IMG/VR virus record: IMGVR_UViG_3300035188_001343
Origin: an uncultured virus (IMG/VR IMGVR_UViG_3300035188_001343)
Taxonomy: Duplodnaviria > Heunggongvirae > Uroviricota > Caudoviricetes
Strand: one strand, 5' to 3'
Length of the DNA: 64,000 nt
This document shows, one piece after another, positions 20,630 to 30,585 of this stretch. The position numbers and the translations under genes were made by a program. Numbering within the stretch: position 1 is the first letter of the stretch; each line of letters starts with the position of its first letter. The notes under the pieces were generated by a model. It ran no database searches. It saw only the letters and a list, made by a program, of their open reading frames with translations, and was not told where the DNA came from.

Positions 20630-20947
20630 ATGAAAAAAGTTTATAAATTAATTGATCGTAGTTTAGTATTAGCAACTGAAGTAGAAGAAAACTTAACTAC
20701 AGTAACCGTTAAAGCCCCGTTAAGTGTTACTCAAACATTTAATCCAGCTACTGGACAACCAGAAGTAGTGATGATTCCGATGGATTTGATTTTTTCTGAA
20801 GCGGATAGTGGAAAAGATGTAGTTACGTTTAAGAAAGAACATATTATGTATGAAAAACCAATGTCGGATTTTCCAGCATATGAAATGAATTATAATATGC
20901 AAGTTACTGGTATTGAAACGGTACAAAAATCTGGTATTATCGTATAA
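20630..20947 (+). CDS. hypothetical beta-rich protein
   Basis: ORF immediately upstream of groEL; not recognisably GroES. Confidence 0.6.
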   Translation: MKKVYKLIDRSLVLATEVEENLTTVTVKAPLSVTQTFNPATGQPEVVMIPMDLIFSEADSGKDVVTFKKEHIMYEKPMSDFPAYEMNYNMQVTGIETVQKSGIIV

Positions 20948-20979
20948 ATTACAAACACTAAAATGGATTTAAAATTGAC

Positions 20980-22614
20980 ATGACCAAAGAAAAAGAAATT
21001 ATTAAAGATTTGATTATTGGTGCTGAAGCTAGAGATTATTTAGCTATCGGTGTTTCAAAAACAGTTGATGCAGTAGGAACAACATTAGGACCAAAGGGAC
21101 AACACGTATTGATTGATAGTGGACATCCAGCAATTTCATCGGTAATCACAAAGGATGGAGTTACTGTATTAAGAAATTTACAATTGTCTAACCCTGTACA
21201 AAACTTAGCGGTTAAAACTATTAGAGATGCCGCAGAAAAAACGGTTGACGAATGTGGTGATGGTACAACCACTACTGCAATTTTAGCGGGTGCAATTTAT
21301 ACCAATGGTTTAAAACATATTGCAGCAGGAGTTAATCCCGTAATGATTAAACGTGGTATTGATAAAGTAACATCAAAACTAATTGATGCTCTAAATTCTA
21401 TCAAACGAGATGTTGGTACCGATTCAGATATTCGAAATGTAGCCACTATCTCCGCAAATGGAGATGAAGAAATTGGTTCATTAATCGTTCAGGCAATGGA
21501 TAAAGTTGGTAAGGATGGTGTTGTAACCGTAGAAAATGGTAAGTCAATGCATGATGAGCTTGAAACAACAGAAGGGTTACGAATTGATCGTGGGTATGCA
21601 TCGGCTTATTTCATGACTAATCCAACAAAAAGTACAGCAGAACTTAATAAACCACTTATTTTAGTAACAGATCATGAGTTCCAAACTGCAAATGAAGTAG
21701 TCCCATTTTTAGAAATGGCATCTATATCATCAAAACCAATTCTTATTATTGCTGATGGTGGATCAGCAGAAGCATTACAGACAATGGTAGTTAACAAAGT
21801 AAAAGGTGTAGTTAGTTGTTGTGCTATTGATGCCCCTGGTTTTGGTATTAGAAAAAAAGAGTATTTGAAGGATTTGGCTGTTGCATTGGGTGCTGAATTT
21901 ATATCCGATGATGTGGGTATTAGTATTAGTCAAGTAACCAAAGAAATGTTGGGCACATGTGAAAAAGTAGTTGTTTCTAAAAACGACACTACTTTTATCA
22001 ATTCCTCACCAAATAAAGAACTCCTAGATGCTAGATTAGAAGAATTACAATCGCAACTATCTACAATCGATAACGATTATGATAAAGAATTTTTAAAAGA
22101 ACGAATTGCAAAGTTAACAGGTGGTGTTGCAGTTATTCGAGTTGGTGGTGCTTCCGAAGTTGAAGTAGAAGAGAAAAAAGATAGAATTGATGATGCATTA
22201 GGTGCGACAAGAGCTGCAATTGAAGGTGGTATTGTAGTTGGTGGTGGATGTGCATTATTACATGCAGCTCAAAAATTAGAAATGAATGATTTAGGAATTA
22301 AAAATTCAGATGAAAGAGCTGGAGTAGATATTATTCTTGAAGCAATCAAACAACCATTGAAACATATCGTTTCAAATGCAGGTAAAAGTGGAGATTATGT
22401 TGCCGAAACAGTATTAGTTAATTCTGTTGATAATTCTACATTTGGATACAATGCTGCAACTGAAGAGTTTGGTGATATGTTTGAAATGGGTATTATTGAT
22501 CCAGTAAATGTTACTATTTCTGCCCTAAAAAATGGTGCATCTGTGGCAACTCTACTGTTGACATCAAAAACTATTTTGATGAAACAAAACCAAGTAACTG
22601 CAGTTCGCGGATAA
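20980..22614 (+). CDS. groEL: chaperonin GroEL
   Basis: TLGPKG, TKDGVTV, GDGTTT, APGFG, GGVAVIRVG, GIIDP. Confidence 0.97.
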   Translation: MTKEKEIIKDLIIGAEARDYLAIGVSKTVDAVGTTLGPKGQHVLIDSGHPAISSVITKDGVTVLRNLQLSNPVQNLAVKTIRDAAEKTVDECGDGTTTTAILAGAIYTNGLKHIAAGVNPVMIKRGIDKVTSKLIDALNSIKRDVGTDSDIRNVATISANGDEEIGSLIVQAMDKVGKDGVVTVENGKSMHDELETTEGLRIDRGYASAYFMTNPTKSTAELNKPLILVTDHEFQTANEVVPFLEMASISSKPILIIADGGSAEALQTMVVNKVKGVVSCCAIDAPGFGIRKKEYLKDLAVALGAEFISDDVGISISQVTKEMLGTCEKVVVSKNDTTFINSSPNKELLDARLEELQSQLSTIDNDYDKEFLKERIAKLTGGVAVIRVGGASEVEVEEKKDRIDDALGATRAAIEGGIVVGGGCALLHAAQKLEMNDLGIKNSDERAGVDIILEAIKQPLKHIVSNAGKSGDYVAETVLVNSVDNSTFGYNAATEEFGDMFEMGIIDPVNVTISALKNGASVATLLLTSKTILMKQNQVTAVRG

Positions 22615-22627
22615 TAAATAATATTAT

Positions 22628-22666
22628 GTGGGTAAAAATGTGGCATAATTATTTACCCACTTTTTT
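22628..22666 (+). terminator. intrinsic terminator after groEL
   Basis: GTGGGTAAA...TTTACCCAC + T6. Confidence 0.65.
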
Positions 22667-22681
22667 AGATAATAGAAAATT

Positions 22682-23077
22682 ATGTACAAAATAAAACCCG
22701 ATATTATCGATTGTTTTGAATTACCTGAAAAACATATACCTTATGGTGATTACTGTTTTGTAAACGCACATGAGGTATGTCCTTTTTGGACACAAAAAGT
22801 TGGAGAATATCCACCAAATGAAGATGGGTATTGTCATTTTTTAAATAAATCTGATTGGGATTTAAATGAAGGGTGTGATCCTATTATAAAGAAATCACCA
22901 AATAAAAGTGTTGAAGGTAAAAAATTTTCTGAAGTTTATGGACAAATTGATGAAATCGATCCAATTTCAGGTAAAAAAGTACATTTTGGATTTAGTCTAT
23001 TATGGGATCAATGTAAAGAATGTGGTATAAACAAGGAAGATTTAGATGATGTAGTTTATACAGTTTTAGAAAATTGA
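22682..23077 (+). CDS. Cys-containing hypothetical protein
   Basis: IPYGDYC, CPFW, GYC, LWDQCKECG. Confidence 0.6.
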   Translation: MYKIKPDIIDCFELPEKHIPYGDYCFVNAHEVCPFWTQKVGEYPPNEDGYCHFLNKSDWDLNEGCDPIIKKSPNKSVEGKKFSEVYGQIDEIDPISGKKVHFGFSLLWDQCKECGINKEDLDDVVYTVLEN

Positions 23078-23107
23078 ATAACGTAACTTTTTATAAGGGT
23101 AAAAATA

Positions 23108-24916
23108 ATGATTAAACAAATGATATTGTTGACTGCCTTATCTGCATATACATTAACAGTAAATGCAGATAATAATATCCAACAACTCGAACCAATGTTA
23201 ATTACAAGTGAAAGTGGTACCAATTTAGTGGAGGATCCAACTAAACTTGTACAAAATACGATCGAAAAAATCAACTATGAAACCGTAATGCAAGAAACTA
23301 ACCCGGGTATGAAACAACCCGTTATTAGAGGGTTGATGGGTGATCAAGTTGCATTATCGGTAGATGGTATCAAATTCTCTAACTCGTTGTTTAGAGGCGG
23401 TCCAAACCAATATTATTCGTGGATTCCCGATGAGTTTACAACTGCGGCTTCATTGAATGATTCAGTTAATACAATGAGTAACAGTGCGTTGGGTGGATCT
23501 GTTGATAGAACTTTGGGTGTGGATAGATCACAGATGGGTATCTCTACCAATTTTAGAGGTCATACCGAATACGCAAAATATAAAAACACTGATTGGCAAA
23601 CAGCAGTTCTTAATACTGATAATGATGATGTATCTACACCAAACGGTATTGTGCCACACTCTGCATATAATCAGAAAGGTGCATTATTAGCACATACCAA
23701 CAAAGACTATGGTGATACAAAACTCGTGTTCACTAGAAGTGATAATGTTGATAGAACTGATAAATTTGCAAGTGGTGGATTTTACCAATACGATTTACAA
23801 CAGTATATCTTAGCATCCCATAAATTGTGGGTGAACGATCGTAAAATTTATATTCAACCTTCGTTTCAGCGATTTGAAGAAAAATTGGATTTAAACAGTC
23901 CTTTAGCAAAAAATGTTGATTCAAGCGATAATATGTATGGTATTAATGTTGGTTCATTCTATGATACTCAGTATGGCGTGTTAAATTATGGTGTTGCAGA
24001 TTCATATGAAGATATCAACGTAGTTACAGGTATTAAACCAGCTCAGTACAATTATAATACCTTAACTGGTTTTGGAGTATGGGATGGAAATATTACCCCA
24101 GATGACAATTACAAATTGAAATACAGTTATTCATTGATGGATACCTCAGGTAATGGTTTAAATAGAACCCTTGGTAATCATGCATATGGTGTAAATTTAA
24201 AACATGTATTTGCACCAGAAAACTATTCATACTTTGATTTTGACGTTGCATCAAAATTCCCAACAATCAATAACTTAGCATTAGCAAGAAATGATAGTGT
24301 TACTGAATTACCAAACCCAAATTTAAAACAAGAACGTGCAAATACTTATACTATTGGTCATCAATTCCATGGGTTAGACATTTCATTGTTTTATAAAGAT
24401 TTATCGGATGTAATCATTAGAACTCAAACGGATGTTCCCGATGGAAAAGGTAAATTTAAATGGCAATATAATAACGCAAATACTGGTCACATTGCAGGTG
24501 TTAAATTAGCTTATAATAGAACATTTGATACTGGTACAGGTGTTTATATGATGACTGAGTATCTTGATGGTAGAAATGATTATGATTATTGGGGAAAACT
24601 CACTCCATTACATTCAGAAATCAAATTAACTCAAAATGTAGATTGGTTATTTAAAGATAAGTTGATTGCACAATGGAGATATGCACCATCAGTTCCCACA
24701 GATAGAATTGCATTAAATGATGCTATTGATGTGAGAATTAAAAACCACAATTATGGATATAATATGTTGAATCTTGGTTATGAAACCACCTATGATAAAC
24801 AACATAAAGTATCATTGTTGGTAAACAACGTATTAAATAACACCGGTAGAGTATATGGTTCGTCTGTAGATTTCAACGAACGTATGCTATACCTAAAATA
24901 TAATTATTTGTTTTGA
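23108..24916 (+). CDS. TonB-dependent outer-membrane receptor
   Basis: Signal peptide; plug motif PVIRGL-x5-LSVDG; PNPNLKQE; NNVLN; terminal aromatic beta-signal YLKYNYLF. Confidence 0.85.
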   Translation: MIKQMILLTALSAYTLTVNADNNIQQLEPMLITSESGTNLVEDPTKLVQNTIEKINYETVMQETNPGMKQPVIRGLMGDQVALSVDGIKFSNSLFRGGPNQYYSWIPDEFTTAASLNDSVNTMSNSALGGSVDRTLGVDRSQMGISTNFRGHTEYAKYKNTDWQTAVLNTDNDDVSTPNGIVPHSAYNQKGALLAHTNKDYGDTKLVFTRSDNVDRTDKFASGGFYQYDLQQYILASHKLWVNDRKIYIQPSFQRFEEKLDLNSPLAKNVDSSDNMYGINVGSFYDTQYGVLNYGVADSYEDINVVTGIKPAQYNYNTLTGFGVWDGNITPDDNYKLKYSYSLMDTSGNGLNRTLGNHAYGVNLKHVFAPENYSYFDFDVASKFPTINNLALARNDSVTELPNPNLKQERANTYTIGHQFHGLDISLFYKDLSDVIIRTQTDVPDGKGKFKWQYNNANTGHIAGVKLAYNRTFDTGTGVYMMTEYLDGRNDYDYWGKLTPLHSEIKLTQNVDWLFKDKLIAQWRYAPSVPTDRIALNDAIDVRIKNHNYGYNMLNLGYETTYDKQHKVSLLVNNVLNNTGRVYGSSVDFNERMLYLKYNYLF

Positions 24917-24929
24917 TAATTAAATAAAA

Positions 24930-25322
24930 ATGTATTATATCCTATATAGTGATAAAATTCGGACGGTATCACCCGAAATTGAATATAACCGAGGTCAAAA
25001 TATACCATTTCGAGAAGGGTATTTTTTAATTGGTGTGGATGAAAAAAAACAAAGTGCAATTATATTTGACATTAATGGTGAAAGTAGAGTAACAAACAGT
25101 ATTACGATTTACGATTCAACTATTTTTATCGAAGGTGAATTATACAAGGTTATTCCTACATTGACATTTAACCACCCTGTCAGAGCCGAAATGGTTTTCT
25201 TAAATTTGAAAGTTACAGAATTTAAAAACGTCGGATTTAATTTTTATTTACCTATATTGTTTCAGAAATATGTTGATAGATTCGACTGTTTAAATGAACA
25301 ATATCCTGAATGTATTATTTAG
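24930..25322 (+). CDS. hypothetical protein
   Basis: ORF. Confidence 0.5.
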   Translation: MYYILYSDKIRTVSPEIEYNRGQNIPFREGYFLIGVDEKKQSAIIFDINGESRVTNSITIYDSTIFIEGELYKVIPTLTFNHPVRAEMVFLNLKVTEFKNVGFNFYLPILFQKYVDRFDCLNEQYPECII

Positions 25323-25330
25323 AATAACAT

Positions 25331-25371
25331 ATATGAATCGGTAGTAACACTTAGGTACTACCGATTCATAT
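25331..25371. terminator. bidirectional terminator
   Basis: 16-bp inverted repeat ATATGAATCGGTAGTA / TACTACCGATTCATAT between convergent genes. Confidence 0.75.
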
Positions 25372-25384
25372 CATATAAGAAATT

Positions 25385-26533
25385 TTATAATATAGTTAAT
25401 TGATCCCCAGAAAAAATCCAAAATTCAAACAAAAACCCAAGTTTTAAACAGGCATCTCTTTTTTGATAGTTTACAGTTTTTGACGACCACAAAGTATAAT
25501 TACTTTTAACCTCAATTATCTTATTTTCTGCAGGTATGAAAATATCTGGGAAATACCTATGTTGTTTATCATCCTTAAAATACCAAATTTCGGGCATATT
25601 CTTCCTATTTAAAATGATATAATCCTCCCCATACAAATTATTTGTGAAAATATATTTTAATGCTTTGTCCTCATATCCTTGAACATGTACGATTTTTCCA
25701 GATGGTAATATATAATCTTTAAATTTGTATCGATTTTTTTGTGTTTTTTCATGTATTTCGGGTACCTGTTGTGCATTATGCACCTTGTACTTTTTAAAAA
25801 ACGTTATTGTTGATTTTAAATTTCTCAGCTTATATGCATTTTTAACTGTTCCCGAATTTTTAATCATCGTCGAGTGGTGTTTATTTTTCACTAATAGTTT
25901 CTCATCATCGGTATAATTGTTGTATCTTAAAATAGCTTTTTCAGATTGACTGTTTCTGTACTCAGATGAATTGAAAGTCGCATTTCGTTTTTTAGTAGAT
26001 TCATCATTCAAACACAACAAATTTGTTTTGAACCCATATTTTTCTATCATTGTATTTTCCAATTTTTTCTTAACCATTTCCGATTTCATTGGATTATCAA
26101 CACCATATTGTGAAAGGGATGTTTCTTTTTTCTTTGCCTCAATTTCATGACGTTTACTCACCATTACCATTTTAAATTCTGGTGTTTGTGTATAACTTAC
26201 GAAACCATATTTTGATAGCATTACAGATTCATGATATTTTTTCCTACAGTTTTTAATCCCACAAATACTACCATACCCACGTTTTCCGTAGAATCGAAGT
26301 GGTGTGTTACAAATTTCACACGTAGGTTGTACAGCAATACCATTTTTTAACCAATAGGCTACTTCTGAAATTTTAGAAAGGTTATAAGTGGTTTTAAACA
26401 TAATTAACTGTTCGTATATAGTCATCAATTCTCGTTTAATATACCACTTTTTCATTGACAAGTTATGGTTATAATCCCCATTTTTTAAGTACATATGCTC
26501 ATAACACCATACTTTCAATTCTTGTATTTCCAT
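25385..26533 (-). CDS. free-standing homing-endonuclease-like protein (related to 19088..20215)
   Basis: CxxC...C-x4-C, KYG repeats, VQGYE, RYFPDIFIPAENKIIEVK; GAGG SD before ATG 26533. Confidence 0.75.
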   Translation of the reverse strand: MEIQELKVWCYEHMYLKNGDYNHNLSMKKWYIKRELMTIYEQLIMFKTTYNLSKISEVAYWLKNGIAVQPTCEICNTPLRFYGKRGYGSICGIKNCRKKYHESVMLSKYGFVSYTQTPEFKMVMVSKRHEIEAKKKETSLSQYGVDNPMKSEMVKKKLENTMIEKYGFKTNLLCLNDESTKKRNATFNSSEYRNSQSEKAILRYNNYTDDEKLLVKNKHHSTMIKNSGTVKNAYKLRNLKSTITFFKKYKVHNAQQVPEIHEKTQKNRYKFKDYILPSGKIVHVQGYEDKALKYIFTNNLYGEDYIILNRKNMPEIWYFKDDKQHRYFPDIFIPAENKIIEVKSNYTLWSSKTVNYQKRDACLKLGFLFEFWIFSGDQLTIL

Positions 26534-26650
26534 ATTATCCCTCGTGTAAATAACTACCACATATTCCAATTTTTCAACATATTTTACATATAACACTTAA
26601 TTTTTGTATAATTAATTACTTATTATTAACAACTATTAGGAAGAAAAAAT

Positions 26651-27193
26651 ATGCATTCATTAAATGTACCAAATATCATGCACGATATGAAAACTGAACC
26701 AGTTGGTGCTTATTTAGAATCGGAACATAGAAACTTTGCTCTATATACTATACAACAACGTGCTATAACTTTTTTTTCAGGATTAAAACCAGTCCAACAG
26801 CGGTGCTTATGGCAACTTAGAAATATAAACAATTTTGAAAAAGTTGCAAAACTTACAGGTTTAACAATGTCCTTACATCCACATGGTGACTGTATTGATT
26901 ATAATTCGGAAATCTTATTAGCTGATGGTAATTACATAAAAATTGGTGAATGGGTTGAAAAAAATTATGATGGTGAGTTACTAATCAAAGCTTTTGATAT
27001 TGAACAAAATAAATTTGTCGATACTGTTGCCAAACCTACAAATGGAAAAATGGTAGATGAACTGATTGAAATTGAAATGGAGAATGGTGAAATTTTGAAA
27101 GTTTCACTGGATCATAAAGTATTATTAGATGATGGTGCTACGTATATTGAAGCAAAAGATCTAACCGAAAACCATTCAATTAAATCACTGTAA
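26651..27193 (+). CDS. type II topoisomerase GyrA/gp52-like subunit, N-extein + split intein N-half
   Basis: GLKPVQQR...HPHGD then C1 of intein (CIDYNSEILLADG, 26891) with block B SLDH; 100-aa IntN. Confidence 0.9.
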   Translation: MHSLNVPNIMHDMKTEPVGAYLESEHRNFALYTIQQRAITFFSGLKPVQQRCLWQLRNINNFEKVAKLTGLTMSLHPHGDCIDYNSEILLADGNYIKIGEWVEKNYDGELLIKAFDIEQNKFVDTVAKPTNGKMVDELIEIEMENGEILKVSLDHKVLLDDGATYIEAKDLTENHSIKSL

Positions 27194-27229
27194 TCAGCGA
27201 AATCAAAGAGAATTCAAAGGAAACCCTAA

Positions 27230-28483
27230 ATGAAAATTAAATCAATCAAAAAAGTTAAATTAGAAACACCAATTCAGTTATATGATATTACTGTACCAGA
27301 TTATAGTAATTTCTGTATTAAATCTGGTGATAAAAATCTAGTAATACACAATTCATCAATCAGTGAATCCATCAACCAAATGACTGGGCAATACTGTAAT
27401 AATGTTCCTTTTTTTGATGGTCATGGTGCATTTGGTACAAGGGTGAATCCTACTGCATTTGGTCAACCACGATATGTATCCGCAAAAATCAGTAATTTTG
27501 CAAAAGATGTTATTTTTAAAGATTGGGAAATTGTTGAGTTAAAACCATCTTATGATGAAACGGATTTCGAACCGACTATGTTGCTACCATTAGTACCGCT
27601 TGTATTATTAAATGGTATTCAAGGTATTGCAACTGGTTATTCTACAACCATTCTTCCAAGAAATCTACCAGATCTCATCGATCAGCAATTAAGAGTGTTA
27701 CAAGGTAAGACACCAATAAATCCATTACCTTATTCAAAACCAATTGATAATTTGGCTGTTAGAAATGAAACGTCCCCAAACAAATATCAATTTTCGGGTG
27801 AATGTGAGGTAATTGATACTGCAACAGCAAAAATAACTAAACTACCTTTTGGTATGACACACGCAAAAATCGTTGAAAATTTAGCGAGAATGGTTGATAA
27901 AGGTCATATTATTGATTATATTGATAAAACTAAAGCTGAAATTGATATTATTGTTATATTTAAAAGAGCAACACTTAAAAATAAAACGGGCGAGGCGGCA
28001 GTAAAAAAATTAGGTTTAACAACGGGTGTTACAGAACGTATTATTGTGTTGGATGCTGAAACATCACAAAAAGTGGTGGAGTATGACGATCCTGCACAAT
28101 TTATTAAAGATTATACAGATTGGCGTTTAAGTTTTTATCCAACGAGATATAAAAGACTTATCCAACTTAACTTGGCAGAAATAAGTCGGTTAAATGACAT
28201 TGTTCTCGCAATTGATAATGATTTGGGTGGTCAAGCTAAAAAATTAAATAATCGCACGGATTTGATTGATTTTATTACTAAAATTGGTGTTGTGGATATT
28301 ACATATATTTCCTCACTACCAGTTTATAGATTTACTCGTGATGAATATGACAAAGCAAAAAATAAAATTGCTGAATTAGAAGCTCAAAACGAAGATTATA
28401 CGAACATCATTGGTGATGTTGATAGACAAAAATCTATTTTTTCCGATGAGTTAAAAGAAGTTAAGAAAAAATACGGTAAATAA
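27230..28483 (+). CDS. split intein C-half + topoisomerase GyrA/gp52-like C-extein
   Basis: MKIKSIKKV...YDITV...NF...VIHN (41 aa) then S+1; catalytic PRY; LLNGIQGIATGY. Confidence 0.9.
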   Translation: MKIKSIKKVKLETPIQLYDITVPDYSNFCIKSGDKNLVIHNSSISESINQMTGQYCNNVPFFDGHGAFGTRVNPTAFGQPRYVSAKISNFAKDVIFKDWEIVELKPSYDETDFEPTMLLPLVPLVLLNGIQGIATGYSTTILPRNLPDLIDQQLRVLQGKTPINPLPYSKPIDNLAVRNETSPNKYQFSGECEVIDTATAKITKLPFGMTHAKIVENLARMVDKGHIIDYIDKTKAEIDIIVIFKRATLKNKTGEAAVKKLGLTTGVTERIIVLDAETSQKVVEYDDPAQFIKDYTDWRLSFYPTRYKRLIQLNLAEISRLNDIVLAIDNDLGGQAKKLNNRTDLIDFITKIGVVDITYISSLPVYRFTRDEYDKAKNKIAELEAQNEDYTNIIGDVDRQKSIFSDELKEVKKKYGK

Positions 28484-28494
28484 TTTCTCAATGA

Positions 28495-28543
28495 TTTTTC
28501 CACCAAAATAAATAGGATAAACAACTTAATTTAGGTGGAAAAA
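28495..28543 (+). promoter_or_regulatory. SD-sequestering hairpin with an ATAAATA box between the arms
   Basis: TTTTTCCACC ... ATAAATA (28508) ... GGTGGAAAAA, ATG at 28546. Confidence 0.6.
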
Positions 28544-28545
28544 CT

Positions 28546-29736
28546 ATGACGAATACAATTTATTATATTGACAAGATTGATAATAATGAAACTTTATTTA
28601 AAAGTATGATTGAGCAAAATTATCCATATGAATTATGGGATTTATATTTGACCAACACTAAAGTTTTGAGAAATTACATACTTGAAATGATAGTCAAATA
28701 TGTAGATCATGAAGGCGAGGTAGTAGTAAAAGAATTTTCCGATGTACCACCTATGATTTATGATGATTTAAATAAATTTAAATTTGGTATTCCGGAAATT
28801 TCTACAAATACGATAATTGTTAATAAAGCATTGACTATATCTACTATTGAGGCAGTAAATTCAAAATTTGATGCAAAGTATTCATTAATGGTTGAGGCTT
28901 TAGACACAACCAATATATCGACTAAAAGTTGGAATAATTATCTCGATGAATTATATATCCATTATTGTGAAAATAGATTAAATGCACGAATTACAAAGAT
29001 TGTTGTAGAAGATACAATATCAGTTCTCACAAAATGGGATACTAATACAAATATAAAGGATAAAATTAAGGCTTATTTCCCGGAACAAGGAATAGTTTTC
29101 GATTCAAATACTTATTGGAAACTACCCCTTTCACATATTTCCAAAACATATTGGGAAAAATTTTCATTCGTACTAACAATAAACGATTATGATTTTTATG
29201 ATCCAGCAAAAGAAAAATATTTAGACTGTATAGCAAATGAATTATTTGATAAAGGGTGTTTTGATGAGATTGTTATAACTATGAACTATTGGTATTGGGC
29301 CGACAATTATAAAAAAATCATGGATTGGACAAAAAATAATGTAAAATCCGTTTTAATAAGTTATAGATTGAATACTATTTTTGACATAACTAAAAATAGA
29401 TATTTCAATAATGAACAAGCTACACATTATAATGATTACCAACGCAAAAACACACCATCCGAAATAATTGAAATGTATAAAAATCAATTACCTGTTTTTC
29501 TCAATTCGATATTAGAAAATCCACAAACTTATGGATTCGAATTGAAAGGTGGTTATTTTGGACGCGAAGGGAATGTGCCACAACCTAGTACACAGTCTGA
29601 TGAATTCACAGATTATAAGGACCATGTTTACAGTAACTTAGTAACATCTCCATTTGCAAATTTAAATGATAATTCAGTTGTAGTATTTAGAGAATCAAAT
29701 GTTAAAGTATTTACATGTGTGAAACAATTAGAGTAA
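28546..29736 (+). CDS. hypothetical protein
   Basis: 396-aa ORF, no recognised motif. Confidence 0.7.
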   Translation: MTNTIYYIDKIDNNETLFKSMIEQNYPYELWDLYLTNTKVLRNYILEMIVKYVDHEGEVVVKEFSDVPPMIYDDLNKFKFGIPEISTNTIIVNKALTISTIEAVNSKFDAKYSLMVEALDTTNISTKSWNNYLDELYIHYCENRLNARITKIVVEDTISVLTKWDTNTNIKDKIKAYFPEQGIVFDSNTYWKLPLSHISKTYWEKFSFVLTINDYDFYDPAKEKYLDCIANELFDKGCFDEIVITMNYWYWADNYKKIMDWTKNNVKSVLISYRLNTIFDITKNRYFNNEQATHYNDYQRKNTPSEIIEMYKNQLPVFLNSILENPQTYGFELKGGYFGREGNVPQPSTQSDEFTDYKDHVYSNLVTSPFANLNDNSVVVFRESNVKVFTCVKQLE

Positions 29737-29759
29737 ACAATTTTTAAGGAGACCACCAA

Positions 29760-30200
29760 TTGAAAATAAAAAAATCATTTGATGATATTATAGTTTATTT
29801 TGATATTCTTGGTAATAAGTTATCAATTGATAGTGACGAATTGTTGAAAAACATCATCACTTCCGTTAAAAATTCTGAATTTATATTTAGACATAAACCA
29901 TTTAATGAATTAGTTAAAGAACAGCAAAAATGTCAATTTTACATATTAGTTGATTTTGAACCCACAGAAATTGATAGTTTTAAATTCATTACAAAAATAA
30001 TATATAATTTTTTAATAGTAACAAACCAGCATAAATCATTTATGTTAGACAAAATAATAATACCTTATAATGAAAATGAAATTATAATTTATGGTACCGA
30101 AATTTTTAACTGGTATGAAATTAACATTTTTACATACTCTCCATCAATACGTGCTCAATGGGAAAACCCAAAAATTATTGAAGAAATTCTTAAAAAGTAA
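29760..30200 (+). CDS. hypothetical protein
   Basis: AGGAG SD + TTG start. Confidence 0.55.
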   Translation: MKIKKSFDDIIVYFDILGNKLSIDSDELLKNIITSVKNSEFIFRHKPFNELVKEQQKCQFYILVDFEPTEIDSFKFITKIIYNFLIVTNQHKSFMLDKIIIPYNENEIIIYGTEIFNWYEINIFTYSPSIRAQWENPKIIEEILKK

Positions 30201-30241
30201 TATGATTTAGTATAATTTTTTAAACAATTTTTTTTTAAAGG

Positions 30242-30526
30242 ATGTTAATTATGACATTTGAAATGACTATTAATAATATAACTTATGTTAAAGATGATCT
30301 CGGTTCAGAAACATGGGATTATATCAAACAACAATTGCACGATGTAAAAAATAATGGGAACTTAGTATCCGTACAACTTAAAACTATACAGGATGGAGAA
30401 TTTTCAGATTATGTGATACTATATGGAATTTACGAAAAAACAATTGAGGAAGATAATACCTATATGTCTTCAGGTGGGTTATGGGTATATTCTGATCCAT
30501 CACTGTTATTAACTGCAATGATGTAA
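30242..30526 (+). CDS. hypothetical protein
   Basis: ORF after TAGTATAAT box. Confidence 0.55.
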   Translation: MLIMTFEMTINNITYVKDDLGSETWDYIKQQLHDVKNNGNLVSVQLKTIQDGEFSDYVILYGIYEKTIEEDNTYMSSGGLWVYSDPSLLLTAMM

Positions 30527-30585
30527 TGTCATTTTTTTTTGTAAAATAGATATATTCACATTATTTTTCCATAGGATAAATCGTC

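Noticed and set aside
20630..20947. groES
   Set aside because: Size and position fit, but no PLxDRV-like or mobile-loop motif is in the expected position.
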